DNA of 64,000 nucleotides from Malacoraja senta (Eukaryota). The notes under the pieces were generated by a model. It made no database searches. It worked only from the letters and a program-made list of their open reading frames with translations, and was not told where the DNA came from. The translations under genes and the position numbers were made by a program. The stretch is taken from positions 16,556,001 to 16,620,000 of the forward strand of contig CM075988.1 of the NCBI GenBank assembly GCA_038087875.1, given 5' to 3'. This document shows, piece by piece, positions 36,813 to 51,406 of the stretch. Positions within the stretch are counted from its first letter, which is position 1; each line of letters opens with the position of its first letter.

Positions 36813-39437
36813 TAACAATGGCTGGGCTGCCCCTGCACCTCTCCAGATCAAGATCTTACATCGAATCTACAGCAGAGAAAATGATTGTTGGTCTATTCTA
36901 CAATTTCATGCTCCCAACAAACTTTCACCCTACTGACCATCAATGAAACATGAAATACCCTTCCACTTCTTTCTCATTCATGCATTTTTAAACTTCCTCT
37001 TAAATGATCAATGCAATGTTTCTGAGCCACTGCTTGGCAGCGGCTCAGCACCGCCTGTCAACTGACTTCACTGCACCAGGACGATGCCTTGTATAATGCC
37101 ATGTATATGGAGGGTCCCGACTTAAATGTGTACATAAAGAATTCGATTGTGTTTAATGGGCCGGATCATGCTGCTGGCCATCAAGTGGTTTTCATTAAAA
37201 AGCGCTGGCAAACTGGTGCATGCATGCACGCCAACGCATAGTGTGGGCAAGCAACTGTGCATTGAAGTGTGGAAGCACAGAAAGTGCTGAAGCTCAGATG
37301 TAGACAGATCAGATCATTCACTCCCTCGAACTCATTGCTGAGCCCAGAAACTTTCCATAACTTCTTGAGCTCAGCATCTTGGTGCCATAGCCCCCACAAG
37401 ATCCATCTTGGTGTAACTGAGGTAACCCCATTCAGCTCAGTTTAGTTTATTGTCACGTGTACCGAGGTACAGTGAAACGCTTTTGTTGCATGCTAATCCA
37501 GCCAGTGGAAGGACAATACATGATTACAATCGAGCCGTTCACAGTGTACAGATACATGATAAGGGAATAACGTTTAGTGCAAGGTAAAGCCAGTAAAGTC
37601 CGATCAAAGATAGTCAGAGGGTCCCTGATGAGGTAGATAGTAGTTCAGGACTGCTCTTGGTTGCGGTAGGGTGGTTCAGTTGCCTGATAAGAGATCACAT
37701 TCTTGAAATGTGGTCGCTTACATTCATCAACGGGTAAGTGGGCTGTTATTCTTTGTTTTTGCTTAATTTAGATGTTTGTAAATTAATTTCGATGTTTGTA
37801 AATTAATTATTTGGATTCTTATTCATAGGTATTTTAACTTTTAAATGTTTTTAACTTTCCGTGTCTTTTGGAGGGCACAGGTTTAAGCTGAGAGTATCTG
37901 CAATGGCGAGGTCCAAGTATCAGAGGAAAGTTCATTGACTTGAAACGTTTTATTCTCCACAGCTGCTGCCTGACATCTCACGTGTGAAGAGTCCCGACCC
38001 GAGACGTCACCTATCCTTTTTCTCCAGAGATGCTGCCTGACCCGCTGAGTTACTCCAGCACTTTGTGTCTATCTTTGGTATACACCAACATCTACAGTTC
38101 CTTCCTACACAGCTTGACATCTGAAGATTGATGTGCTATTCCAGAGGATAGAAGGTTTATTGGGGTTTAAAGAAATGGTGATAAAAAACAAGCAGAATCT
38201 AAGGTGAATGAGTAGCTGATGGTGAGCATCAAAGCTTAAGGACTTGCTGAGTTTTCTCACTTGGACACTGCAACCCTGAAACCATTGAGGGTATTTTGGT
38301 GCTGACAGAAAAAATAGTTACAAGTGCATCCGTTTGTCAACCACCACTGGAATAACACCAACAAGATCCACATTAAACATTCCCAACAAACAAGAAGCAT
38401 TTTAATACAATATAAAAGAAAAACATAACAGTGGATATTGGAAATCTTAATATTACATTGGGAGAACTTAAATAATGGACAATCCACGTTGAAGCTGAGA
38501 TACGGGAGCATTAATAAACATTACGATCATTAGCGGACATTTAATGTTTGGACAAAGACAGCTGGAAACCAAGGATAAATCTTTGGTTGCTATGGAGAGA
38601 GCTAAAAGAAGCGGTCCCACGGCAGTGATAACATACCATTAAATTGTCACAGTGACAAACATGATGATGTAAGCCCATTAAACTCTGAACCAACCATGAA
38701 CAACCATGACAGACAGTGCTCCTGCAGGAGGCAATGGTTGAGATAAGGATGTCACAAACAAACACAAATACTATTAAGATTAATTAATATCAAACTTTTT
38801 TTACTGCCATTGTGCTGGCTGAGAGCGGTCCTGGTCTAATGGAAAAACAATCAAAGGATGTAGACTTTGAGTAATTGTGCGTTTGGTCAACTGGGTGGTG
38901 AAAAAGATAGTTAAATAAGTAATCTGTGGGCGTGAAAGTGTATGTGTGTAGATGGTGAGTGCATTCAGGTGAATGGATCCTCAATCTGTGCACAATGTCG
39001 GAGATGGGAAAGTCTTACATCATTTCCCCATCACATTCCAACATGATGTAACATTATCGAGTTCCATCTATAATTCCTACATCCTACACCATTGCACGGT
39101 GGCGCAGTGGTAGAGCTGCTGCCTTACGGCGCCAGAGACCCAGGTTCGATCCTGACTATGGGTGCTGTCCCTGTGACCTGCGTGGGCTTTCCCCGGGTGC
39201 TGCGGGCTCCTCCCACATTCCAAAGATGTGCAGGTTTGTAGGTTAATTGGCTTTGGTAAAAATGGCCTGTTTCCACGCTGTATCTCTAAAGTCTAAAGTA
39301 AAGTCTGAATGTTGTTTTAGGTTCGTTGTCCTGGAAGTGCTGCTCAATACTGGGTCAGCACCAGCATGCCACATCACTCAGAACCGTGAAAGAGGACACT
39401 AGCTGGGTTCTACAGAGAGGAGAGAAAAGCTTCTTAC

Positions 39438-39593
39438 TGTCTTCTTTCGTCTGCGCGTACATCACCAGACTGCGCACGCCATCCCCCGCCTGAGTGAACG
39501 CCAGCACTTGGACGGTGTAGTTGGTGAACTTCTCCAGACCGTGTAGCTCCACCCGTGAGTCCAACGTGGTGACATTCTGCAGCTCACCCCAGT
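39438..39593 (-). CDS. DSCAML1: DSCAML1 coding exon (156 nt, phase 1 to 1)
   Basis: Acceptor gcaccag|AC, donor A|gtaag. Encodes (D)[51 protein letters not shown]. Confidence 0.95.
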
Positions 39594-41805
39594 CTGGTGC
39601 AGGGCACAAAGAGGAAAGGTCACTCCTACCTTCATCAATTCATTAGTGATAGGAGCAGAATCTGGCCATTCAGCTCATCACGTTTACTCCGCCATTCAAT
39701 CATGGCTGATCTATCTTTCCTTCTTAACCCCATTCTCCTGCCTTCCCCCTATAACCCCTGACACCAGTACTAATCAAGAATCTGTCAATCTCCGCCGTAA
39801 AAATATCCCTAGACTTGGCCTCCACAGCTTTCTGTGGCAATGAATTCCACATAGTGTTATCAAATCGAAACATTCATTTTACAAAGCATCAATGATACTG
39901 TTAGAGTAGAACAAGTACAACATGGAAATAGTCCCTTTGGCCCACAGTCCATCTGAACATGATGCCACGTTAAACCAATCTCCTCTACCTGCAGGTGATG
40001 CATACCTCCCAGTTCTTTGCATATCCATGTGCCTATCTAAACGACTTTGAAATGCCACTCTTGTATCTGTCTCAGCCACCACCCCTGGCAGCCCATTCCA
40101 AGCACCTACCACACGCTGTATAAACAACTCACCCTGCACGTCTCCTTTACACCTAGCCCCTCTCCCTTTACAGCTATGCCCTCTATTTCCTTCCTGGGGA
40201 AAAAAGGTTCTGGCTGTTCACCCGATCAATGCCTCCCATAATTTTATACACCTCTATCAATTCTTCCCTCAACCTCCGTCATTCCAGGGAAACAAGCTAA
40301 TGCCATTCATGAACCATTTTTGAACAATGCAGCCATTGAGTGTTTTTTTTTTGCGAAGCCGTTCCACAGGACCCAGTCCCTCAGTGTCTCGAGGTGACAG
40401 ACATCAGGTTGCCCCCCTTCCTTGCAAGGCCTTTGCATTGACATCCCTCAATACGTAGACGCATGTGCCATTTAGACATCTCACTGCATAGTCATAGAGT
40501 CAAACAGCATGGAAACAGACCCTTCGGCCCAACTCACCCATGCCAACTAAGATGCTCCATCTACTCCAGTCCCACCTGCCCATATCCCTCTACACTTTTC
40601 CTATCCATGTACCTGTCCAAATGCCTATTAAATATTGTTATAGTACCTGCCTCAACTACCTCCTCTGGCAGCTCATTCCATATACTCACCCTATGCAAAA
40701 ATGTTCCCCCTCAGGTTCCTATTAAATCTTTTCCTTCTCACCTTGTCCTCTGGTTCATAATTCCCCAACTCTGGGTAATAGACTCTGTGCATTCACCCTA
40801 ACTCTTCCTCTCATGATCTTATACACTGTAACATCACCACTAATCCTCCTGCATTCCAAGGAATAAAGTCCGAGTCTGCCCTACCACTCCCTATAACTCA
40901 GGCCCTCGAGTCCTGTCAACTTCCTCTTAAGTTTTCTCTGTGCTATTTTCAGCTTAACAACAACCTTTCTCTAGGAGGGTGATATGATCCCTAATACTTG
41001 TCTCCAGCTCTGGATTCCTCCACTTTGTGTGCAGAGAATGAAAGAAAGTTCTGAGAGGGTTATGCAAAGAACAGGCTGTGGTTTTTTTTACACCGAGGGG
41101 ACAGAAAAAAACAATGCAAACCATAGAAAATGTACGCTCCCTGCTAGTGAAGTTGTCTTTCATATTGTGGCACCTTTTTGTGTATAGTTTCACAGAGATT
41201 ACTTTTGTATACCAGTAATCCTTAGGTTTGGGCTGATGAAACAGAGACAGGAACTCCAATCCTGCCACAGCAGTTGGGGATTCAATTTCAGCCAACTAAT
41301 CAAACTCTACAAATAAGAAAGACGGACACAAAGTGCTGGAGTAACTCAGCGGGTCAGGCAGCATCTCTGGAGAAAAGGGATGGGTGACGTTTGCCATTTA
41401 TTATGTTATTTCCCTTGAGTTTGACCTCTCAACATGTGACACCTCAGAATAGCCCATCTGCCACCTCTCTGCCCAAGAATTTGTTTATTCCCAGCTCATC
41501 CCTTTCTTACCAGAGTGCTACGAGATAGACACAGTGGTGGTAAACATGGTGTGTCCTGTATAGCAAGCAAATCATCACGTTTGAAGTCTTTCTGCAAAGA
41601 ATGTCTCCAGTTCTTGACGTTTACACTGGGTGATGAATGGAGCACTTTGCAAAGCAAAGAGCCACGTTTTGGGGTGGAAAATTGCAGCCGGTCTATTACC
41701 TTTGGTGCAACCATGGTTCTTACAGCTTTGAAAGGGAGAGAAAGCTTTGCAGAGAGACTGAAAAGTGTTCAATGTTCAGCTGAGGAACAGGAGCCAGTAG
41801 CTCAC

Positions 41806-41952
41806 CTCCATCTTGATGTAAGGACCAGTAGATGACACGGAAACCCTTCAGTACTCCGTTCAAAGTATTGCGAGGAGGTGGTGACCAAACAATGGTGATG
41901 ACATCTGATGAGATTGATACAGCCTTCACGTTGTCCGGAGGTTGGCTGGGAA
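41806..41952 (-). CDS. DSCAML1: DSCAML1 coding exon (147 nt, phase 1 to 1)
   Basis: Acceptor ttttctcag|TT, donor G|gtgag. Encodes (V)PSQPPDNVKAVSISSDVITIVWSPPPRNTLNGVLKGFRVIYWSLHQDG. Confidence 0.95.
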
Positions 41953-42354
41953 CTGAGAAAACACGCAACAAAAATGGAACAAATTAAAAGACAAAGCAAA
42001 CCTCAATCAATGCACAAACTAAACTGACCCTCACCAAACAATGTGAAGATAATTTAAGGATGACCAATCTCCCAGATGTACACCATCCTTTCATTAAAAG
42101 CATATCAGAGGAACAACTTACTAACGTATACGATTCTGGTTACTATATGCATCTCACTGAAACACGTTCCCAATGTTATCCTGTCTATAGGAACAATAAT
42201 GGTAACCTGTGGACATTAGTGCTGATGATACCAGGTGTGGCCGACTCTCTAAGAGTCATGACCTGCTTGGAAAAAGTTGGGTACCTTGGGTTTCCTGATG
42301 CTTCCTGTGTACTATGTAATATTGCTCACGAGATGTCAGTGTATATGCAAAGTA

Positions 42355-42402
<48 letters not shown>

Positions 42403-45364
42403 GTGTGTAGTAAGAAGCATTCAGATAAGCACTTGAATGAACGACATAGGTGGCTACAGACTAAATGTAGGTAAATGGGAGCAGTGTAGAAATGTATAAT
42501 GGTTGGTTTGGGAAGAGTGGGCTAAAGGTACTGTTTTTGTGCTGTTTGACTTTATGAGTCTATGCTCTACGAGGTATGTATCTGCTGCTGCAGGTAAATG
42601 ATGTTTGACAAAATTCCATTATATGAATTCACAAAACACTGCGCAGCTCCACAGAACCTCTCGACTGGAGTCTGATGAACAACGTCTCTCGGTCTCATTT
42701 TCAGATTGCATGGAAACCTCTTGTTTTTACTTATCTATCTCTTTCTAATGGTGATTTCCTGCTGAGAAACACAGCATATGTGCATCTTTACATCCACCAT
42801 TTCTCCCTGCTGGAGGCATTGAAGAACTGTCCAGTTGCACACCATCAACTTAAAAGACAGATGGTCACCTATATCGACACAGATGGTTTAATACAGGTTA
42901 TCAACAGGTCCATGTACACGGTTGAATCAATTAATAAATGTAGCCTGGCTGCAGGATATGGAGCTGAAGCAGTTTGAATTGTTCGTCACATTTAAGGCAT
43001 CCTGATACAAAGCTCTCACAGCTTGCTTTTGTCCGGCAAACAGAGATGAAAGATGTGACAGATTTCTAAGGAGATCTCGATTTTTGGCAGACAGCTGAGG
43101 CCAGTTCTAAGGATAACGTGTGCAGCCTTCTCCTCCTTTCACCTGGAACCAGTGAGACCACAGCCAGTATACCACAGGCTGAGCATGTCTAAACTATCCG
43201 GCAGATCCAACCACATACAGCACTGATAGGATCAGAAGAAACAGAAGCAAGACTAGGCGGCACAGTGGCGCAGCGGTAGAGTTGCTGCCTAACAGCGCCA
43301 GAGACCCGGGTTCGATTCTGACTACGAGTGCATGTCTATACCGAGTTCTCCCCGCGACCTGCGTAGGTTTTCTCCGGTTTCCTCCCACACTCCAAAGGTA
43401 TACAGGTTTGTAGGTTAATTGACTTGGTATAATTGTAAAATTGTCCCTAGTGCGTGTAGGATAATATGCAGGTATCGCTGGTTGGCGCGGACTCAGTGGG
43501 CCGAAAGTCCTGTTTCCATGCTGTATCTCTGAAACTAAAAGTTGGCCATTCAGTCCTTCAATCCTGCACTAACTTTGTATCCCTTGATTCCTTTAACATA
43601 TACAAATCTATTGACCATATTCAGCTTCCACAAACCTCCAGGGTAGACAATTCCAAAAGTCCACCTCCTTCTGGGTGAAGAAATCTCTTCCAATCTCAAG
43701 TGCTGAAAGTCTGACACCTTACGTTCAGTAATTAAATAAAATCACATCCCAACCTTCTGCACTGATCTATATTTTACTTTTAAGAAACCCTTGAAGTTCT
43801 TACAGTTAATATCTGAGTACCATTTTAGTCTTTCTTAAGACCGGGAGCTTGACAGAGAGTTTCATATAGACAAGGGTGAGCTGGGTGCGGAGCTGAGGAA
43901 TTCCAGTAAACATTTGGGTGATGCCCTCTACAAGAGATTGCATGGTCAGATTCTTTTATGATAGTGTAGGAAATTAATGGCCCATTCAGCCCCAAGCCAG
44001 TTCTATTATAGAGTCACACAGCGTGGAAACAGGCCCCTCGGCCCAACATGCCCACACCGACTAACATGTCCCATCTACGCTAGTCCCACCTGCCTGCGTT
44101 TGGCCCACATCCCTCTAAACCTGTCCTATCCATGAAACTGTCTCAATGTTTCTTAAACTTTGCAATAGCACGTGCCTCAACTATCTCCTCCGGCAGCTCG
44201 TTCCATACACCCACCACCCTTTGTGCAAAAAGTTACCCCTCAGGTACCTATTATATACTCCCCCCCTCACTTTAAACCAATGTTCTCGATCCCCTACTCT
44301 GGGCAAGAGACTGTGCGTTCACCCGATCTATTCCTCTCATGATCCCCCCTGATCTTCCAGATTATATTGATCTGTACTTCATCTTCATGCATCTCATTTC
44401 ATCCATAAAACTCTTCGTAAAATAATTTGTTAATCAGGCTTGAAAATTAGATTGGCCTCCAACATCCAGACTTTAGGAGTTCCAGCATTCATACTGAGTG
44501 CAACACATATTTATCCTGATTTAACTGGACATTTGGCCCAAATGAGTCTGTACATGCTCTTTGTAAGAGCAACCCAGCTAGTTCCTCTTCCCCTGCCTCT
44601 CCACAGAGCCCTGTGAATTATTTTCATTCAGATAGTATGGAGTAAATAGACACAAAACTCAACAGATCAGGCAGCATCTCTGGAGAAAAGGAATTGGTGA
44701 ACTGTCCGAACCTTTCTCCAATCTGCAGAAGATCCGACCCAATAAATCAACTATTCCTTTTTTCCAGAGATGCTGCCTGACCCGCTGAGTTGCTCCAACA
44801 TTTTGTGTCTATCTTTGGAATAAACCAGCATCTGTAGTTCTTTCCTTCACAGGTAGTTATGGAGGCTTGTTTTGAATCTGCCTTCCCTATGACTCCTGGC
44901 AGTATCTGCCTGGTGCCATACACTCTCTGTGAAAAGTATTTCCATATGTTCTCTCTGAATCAACTATCTCAACTGGATCTGCAGTTCCTTCCCACACAGC
45001 TCTAACGATGTCCCTGAACTGGTTTGTTCCACCAGAGAAAATAGCTTCTCTGTAAAAAGCTTAACTAACTTTTTCCAATAATATTAAACACCAGTGTTAG
45101 ATCACCCCTCAGCTCCAAAATTCAATGGGAACAAAACCCAATGTTAATGCAACTTATAATTACAACTGTTTCCACTCTTGAAAGCACATAGGTTGTGGGG
45201 GAAAGGCAGGAGAATGGGGTTGAGAGGGAAAGATAGATTAGCCATGATTGAATGGCGGAGTAGACCTGATGGGCCAAGTGGCCTAATTCTGCTCCAATAA
45301 CTTATGAACTTATAACCTCTCGAACTGTGAGGTTTTTTTTAAACACAGATCTTTTTGTGTTTTG

Positions 45365-45888
45365 TGTAGAAATAAGTTTTGAGTCTAGACTTAAGAGTTG
45401 ATGGAGGGGACAGTTCTGATGGGAAGAGGGATGCTGTTCCATAGTCTAGGTGCTGCAACCGCAAAAGCGCGGTTGCCCCTGAGCTTATGCCTAGACTGCG
45501 GGATGGTCAGTAACCCCAAGTCGGCCGATCTGAGGGACCTGGAGGTGGTATGGTGGGTAAGCAGATGTTTGATGTAGGTGGGGGCAAGCCCGTTAAGGGC
45601 TTTGTAAACATAAAGAAGGAGCTTGAAATTGATTCGGAACGGCACTGGGAGCCAGTGGAGAGAGGTCAGAATCGGGGTGATGTGGTCCCTTTTTCGGGTG
45701 CCCGTCAGGAGTCTCGCTGCGGCGTTTTGGACCAATTGCAGGCGGGACAGGGATGATTGGCTGATGCCAGTGTATAGGGAGTTGCACTAATCAAGGCGGG
45801 AGGAGGTAAATGAGTGGACGATCTTTTCGAGGTCATCAAATTGGAGGAAAGGTTTTATTTTAGCTATCGTCCAAAGCTGGAAGAAGCT
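45365..45888 (-). mobile_element. L2-clade LINE 3' fragment
   Basis: VQNAAARLLTGTRKRDHITPILTSLHWLPVPFRINFK...RAFAVAAPRLWNSIP. Confidence 0.88.
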
Positions 45889-47039
45889 TTAGGGAGTGCA
45901 TACTCAATTGTAGGAGCAACCTTTCCCTGAGCATGAAGGCCGACAGATGTGAAGGTGGCTGATCTGAGGGAGAGTAATTCTCAACTGGTGTAAGGTCGTC
46001 CCCTCTCTCTCTCACTCACCAGTCCATCATTTTGTTCACACTTCTCTGCTCTTCTACTACTTCTGTGCATCAATCGCGGCAGGTGTCAACACTTTGAACC
46101 GTCTCAATTGATTTAAAAAAAAAAAATCAATAACCACATTTGTAGAACAGAAATAAAACGAATCAGGTGCTGGGACGTCTATACTCTTGATAGCTGCGAA
46201 AAATGACATGGGTCAAGGAAAGTGCTGTTGGATGATAATATTCAGTCTATTATTGTCACCTTTGCCCTCTAACCCCACCAGGTCTAGGCAGCAGTTCACA
46301 GTCAATCTCCAGCACCTCAGAATCTCAAAATAATCCAATTGTTTTGTCAGCCGCACTCATAACACTTCCCCTCATTACAATAAAGGTTCAGATCACATTC
46401 TGCCTTCTCAGGTGTATTAACAACAAATTAAATAGTCACAGCTACAATATGGGAAATTTGGCCAACAATTTGCCCCCACAGACAGCAGTGATCGTGACAA
46501 GATAATTCGTTTTTTCGTTTAGTGTAGGCACAAGTCAAATCTACTCCGCCATTCAATCATGGCTGATCTATTTTTTTCCTCCCAACCCGATTCTCCGGCC
46601 TTCTCCCCATAACCCCGGTCACCCGTACTGATCTAAAATCTATCAATCGCCGACTTAAAAATATCCACCCGATTAGAATTAGACTCTCTCTTCTAATTTC
46701 CCTGCCTCCTCCCTTCCTCTCACATAACTGGACTTACCTTCACCCAATTGGCAACCACTGAAACTACAGAATAGCCAGGTAGGAGGATGTTGGTCAAGAC
46801 AGGGTTAATAGTCATCATTACAGTGGTGAGTGTGTTCATCCTGTTCCTTAGAACAATGAATAATCTTACCAACTACACTTAAAATGTGACACCCTGAGAG
46901 GATGCTTTAATTACTTCAATTTGCATACAGTTAAATTATCACCTAAAGCAGATTATTAACCAATTAAATAGTCTGTTTAATGTTTAGTTGAAACAGGATG
47001 AGCTATCGAGCGGCAAGATTCTTCCCCACTCTTTCATAC

Positions 47040-47440
47040 CTCTTCTCTCCCCCTTCTCTACTCCCCCCTTCTCTCCTCCCCCCCTTCTCTCCTCCCCCCC
47101 TTCTCTCCTCCCCCCTTCTCTCCTCCCCTCTATCCACCCCCTCTCGCCACCCCCTCTCTCCCTCCCCTCTCTCCCCCTCTCTCTCTCCCCCTCTCTCAAC
47201 CCCCTCTCTCCTCCCCCTCTCCCCTCGCCCCCATCTCCCCCGCTCTCCTCACCCCCTCTCCCCCTCTCTCCTCTCAAACCCTCCCCTCCTCCCCCTCTCT
47301 CCTCCTCCCTTCTCCTCCCACCCTCTCCTCCCACCCTCTCCTCCCCCGCTCTCTCCTCCCCCTCTCTCCCCCCGCTCTCTCCTCCCCCCTCCCCCCCCTC
47401 TCTCCCCCTCCTCTCTCCTCCCCTCATTCCCCCCCTCCCA
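47040..47440. repeat. Polypyrimidine/polypurine low-complexity tract
   Basis: About 400 bp almost entirely C/T on the plus strand. Confidence 0.9.
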
Positions 47441-47499
47441 CTACCTAACAGGATACAGAATTAGCTTAATGGTAGGAAACGAAGGGAGGTGGTGGAAGT

Positions 47500-48660
47500 G
47501 TGTAGGAAGGAACTGCAGATGCTGGTTTCCCCTGAAGACAGACACAAAATGCTGGAGTAACTCAGCGGCACATGGAGCATCTCTGGATAGAAGGAATGGG
47601 TGACGTTTTGGGTCGAGACCCTTCTTCACACTGAGAGTCGGGGGAACGGGAGACAGAGATATAGAAAGGTAAAGAGTGTAAACAAGAGATCAAAGTGGAT
47701 GAAGATTAAGGAGAATGTAGAATAGATCATTGTTAGCTCGGGGAAGGTGACAACAAAACATACAAAGATAAAATTTAATCCAGAGGACAGTCAGACTTGT
47801 CAGAAAACTAGGATAGGGAAGGAATGGAGATAGAGGAAAAGGAAGGGTTACTTAAAGATAGAGAAGTCGATATTCATACTGCTGGGTTGTAAGCTGCCCA
47901 AGCGAAATATGCAGTGCAGTTGCTCCAATTTGTGTTGGGCTTCACTCTGATAGTGGAGGAGGCCCAGGACAGAAAGGTCAGTATAGGAATGGGAGGGGGA
48001 TTTAAAGTGTTTAGCACGTTGGTTTAGGCAGACTGAGGGAGGTGTTCAACGAAACGATCGCTGAGCCTGCTTTTGGTCTCGCCGATATATAGAAGTCCAC
48101 TCCTGGAACAGCTGATAGAATAGATGAGGTTGGAGGAGGTGCAAATGAACCTCTGCCCCACCTGAAAGGACAGTCAGGGTCCTTGGATGTAGTCGAGGGA
48201 GGAGGTATAGGGGCAGGTGTTGCATCTCCTGTGGTTGCAGGAGAAGGCACCTGGGGAGGGGGTGGTTTGGGTGGGAAGGGATGAGTTAACCAGGGAGTTG
48301 CAGAGGGAACGGTATCTGCAGAAAGCGGAAAGGGATTGTGATGGGAAGATGTGACTAGTGGTGGGATCCTGTTGGAGGTGGAAGAAAATGCCAGAGTATT
48401 AAGTGCCCTATGCGATGGCTGATGGGGTGAAAGGTGAGAACTAGGGGGACTCTGTCCCTGTTGCGACTGGTGGGATGGGGAGCAAGAGTGGAGCATAGAA
48501 GGGGGGGGGGGCTAGTGAGGGCCTCATCTATGATGGAAGAGTGGAACCCCCATTCCCTAAAGAATGAGGACATCTCAGATGTCCTGGTATGGAACACCTC
48601 ATCTTGGGAGTAGATGTGGTGTAGACAGAGGAATGTTCAGAGCAGGGGATAGAGCCTTTG
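47500..48660 (-). mobile_element. Penelope-like element 3' fragment (RT end, GIY-YIG endonuclease, terminal repeat)
   Basis: Minus-strand translations RDRVPLVLTFHP, NLIYSISCSRSGLLYIGETKSRLSDRFVEH and KLEQLHCIFRLGSLQPSSMNIDFS, frameshifted. Confidence 0.88.
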
Positions 48661-50530
48661 CAGGAGACAGGGTGGGAAGAATACGCCAGCAGCAGGCGGG
48701 GCTCACCCGCAGTGGAACCGGGAACACGCCTGGAGTCCGAGGCTTGTCTCCTGCTGAAGACCGGGTACCGGAGAGGTGGAGGGATTCAGAAACAGCAGCA
48801 GGCGCTGGATAAAGGGATAAGGGCCAGGGCGAGAAGAGGGACGACGGTTTGCCAGACAAACTAGATGGAGGCGACAGCTGCAATGGGCATTTATGCCAGC
48901 TGCAGCTGGGAGTTTGGAAATGGCGCCAAAACCTGTCGACTCTTGCGTATGGACTCTGTGGGCTGTTTCTATGCATTCTGTACTTAATGGGGGAAGAAAG
49001 AGTGAGAGGCAGTGAGGTGGGCCGGAGATGGGAAGTGGAGGATCAGGGGTACGGGAGAAAAGGGGGAGAGCGGTGAGGTTGGAGGGGGAGAGGGACAACA
49101 GGATAGAGGGGGTCAGGTGTAGTGAGGGGGAGAGCAGGGGAATGGGACAAGAGGGAGGAAGGGCAGTGGGGAAAATGGGGAGAGGGAGGGGGAATGGAAG
49201 AGGAGGATCAACACATTAAGGGCAGCACAGTGGCGCAGTGATAAGGTTTCTGCCTTACAGCGCCAGAGACCTGGGTTCGATCCTGACTACGGGTGCTACC
49301 TGTACGGAGTTTGTACGTTCTCCCCGTGACCATGTGGGGGGGTTTTACCTCCCACATTCCAAAAACGTACAGGTTTGTTGGTCAATTGACTTTGATTAAA
49401 ATGTGCGTCGGACAGTGCTCGTGTACGGGGATCGCTGGCCAGCAAGGTGGGCCGAAGGGCCTGTTTCCGCACTGAACCTCTAAACTAAACTAAAGACACA
49501 AGAGATGATGCTGAAACAAGACAGACTTCTGAGTTATTGGCTGGCATTTCAACATACACCTACACGGAAAATCCCACTCAACTGGACCCGTGCCAACAGT
49601 GCGTTGACTCTTTGCAAAAATCAAACTACCAGTCAGTCATTGAGCTGTAATTTATGTAACTCTGTCATGAGAATCCAGAACTCTTTCTTCTGCAGTTGCA
49701 AGTGTTAGTAGCAGAGCAATCTTCCTTCTCTTTATGCCTTAGAATAGTGTGACATCAATTATACCATACTGAATTGTGGTGATAACAGGCTTAAGAGATA
49801 GTGTGCCTGCTGCCGGTGTTAGGTGATTACATGGTACTACACTCATTAAAAACTGATCATTGATTTGTAAATCCAAGCTGACATCACTCTAATTAGACCG
49901 CAGATCCACTGTAATTTGGATTTTGAGATCCTATAAGTGCTGATTGGTATTTCTTTGTTGCAAAACAATTATGATAAGGAAAGAGACAAATATCAGATGG
50001 GCCTCGCTCTCCTGCATCCGGCAGAGTCAAAATTATAGCTTATCATAAATTGTCACCGATCACGAAAAAGAAGCCCGCCAGTGTTTACTCGATGGGAAGA
50101 CACAAAATGCTGGAGTAACTCAGCGGGACAGGCAGCAACTCTGGAGAGAAGGAATGGGTGATGTTTCAGTCTGAAGAAGGGTCTCGACCCGAGACGTCAC
50201 CCATTCCTTCCCTCCAGAGATGCTGCCTGTCCTGCTGAGTTACTCCAGTATTTTGTGTCTACCTTTGATTTAAACCCACATCTGCAGTTCTTTCATACAC
50301 ACAGTGTTTACTCATTGCTACATTTCCTCATCGAGACGTGAAGGGGGCCCTTCTCCAGAGGATGGCAATGCCCAGCTAATGTTCTTTCACGTGTGCAATG
50401 AATAGGTGAGACTCTCACATAGAGCTCGGCAGCAGGGATACAGGCCCTTCAGCCCATCTTGTCCATGTCAACCAAGTGGTCCATCCGAGTTAGTCCCATC
50501 TGTCTGTTCCTGGCCCATTATCCTCCAAAT

Positions 50531-51406
50531 AACCATATAACCATTAACCATATAACCATTACAGCACGGAAACAGGCCATCTCGGCCCTTCAAGTCCGTG
50601 CCGAACACTTTTTTTTCTTCTTTTTTTCCCCCTTCTTTCTTCTTACTGCCCCCTAGTCCCATCTACCTGCACTCAGACCATAACCCTCCATTCCTTTCCC
50701 GTCCATATACCCATCCAATCTATTTTTAAAGGATAAAATTGAACCTGCCTCCACCACTTCCACTGGAAGCTCATTCCACACAGCCACCACTCTCTGAGTA
50801 AAGAAGTTCTCCCTAATGTTACCCCTAAACTTCTGTCCCTTAATTCTCAAGTCCCCTTGTTTGAATCTTCCCTACTCTCAATGGGAAAAGCTTATCCATG
50901 TCAACTCTGTCTAACCCGCTCATCATTTTAAAGACCTCTATCAAGTCCCCCCTTAACCATCTGCGCTCCAAAGAATAAAGACCTAACTTGTTCAACCTTT
51001 CTCAGTAACTTAGTTGCTGAAACCCAGGCAACATTCTAGTAAATCTCCTCTGTACTCTCTCTATTTTGTTGATATCCTTCCTATAATTAGGCGACCAAAA
51101 TTGTGCTCCATACTCCAGAATTGGCCTCACCAATGCCTTGTACAATTTTAACATTACATCCCAACTTCTATATTCAATGCTCTGATTTATAAAGGCCAGC
51201 ACACCAAAAGCTTTCTTTACCACCCTATCTACATGAGATTCCACCTTCAGGGAACTATGCACAGTTATTCCTAGATCCCTCTGTTCAACTGCATTCCTCA
51301 ATTCGCTACCATTTACCATGTACGTCCTATTTTGATTTGTCCTGCCGAGATGTAGCACCTCACATTTATCAGCATTAAACTCCATCTGCCATCTTTCAGC
51401 CCACTT
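50531..51406 (-). mobile_element. CR1 3' fragment (RT C-terminal part)
   Basis: MEFNADKCEVLHLG...RPILEYGAQFWSP...WNELPVEVVEA. Confidence 0.88.

Noticed and set aside
43256..43330. tRNA genes at SINE heads
   Set aside because: A and B boxes are present, but each continues into a SINE body without a full cloverleaf.
46984..47603. Pro/Leu/Ser- and Gly/Glu/Arg-rich ORFs
   Set aside because: Low-complexity C/T tract.
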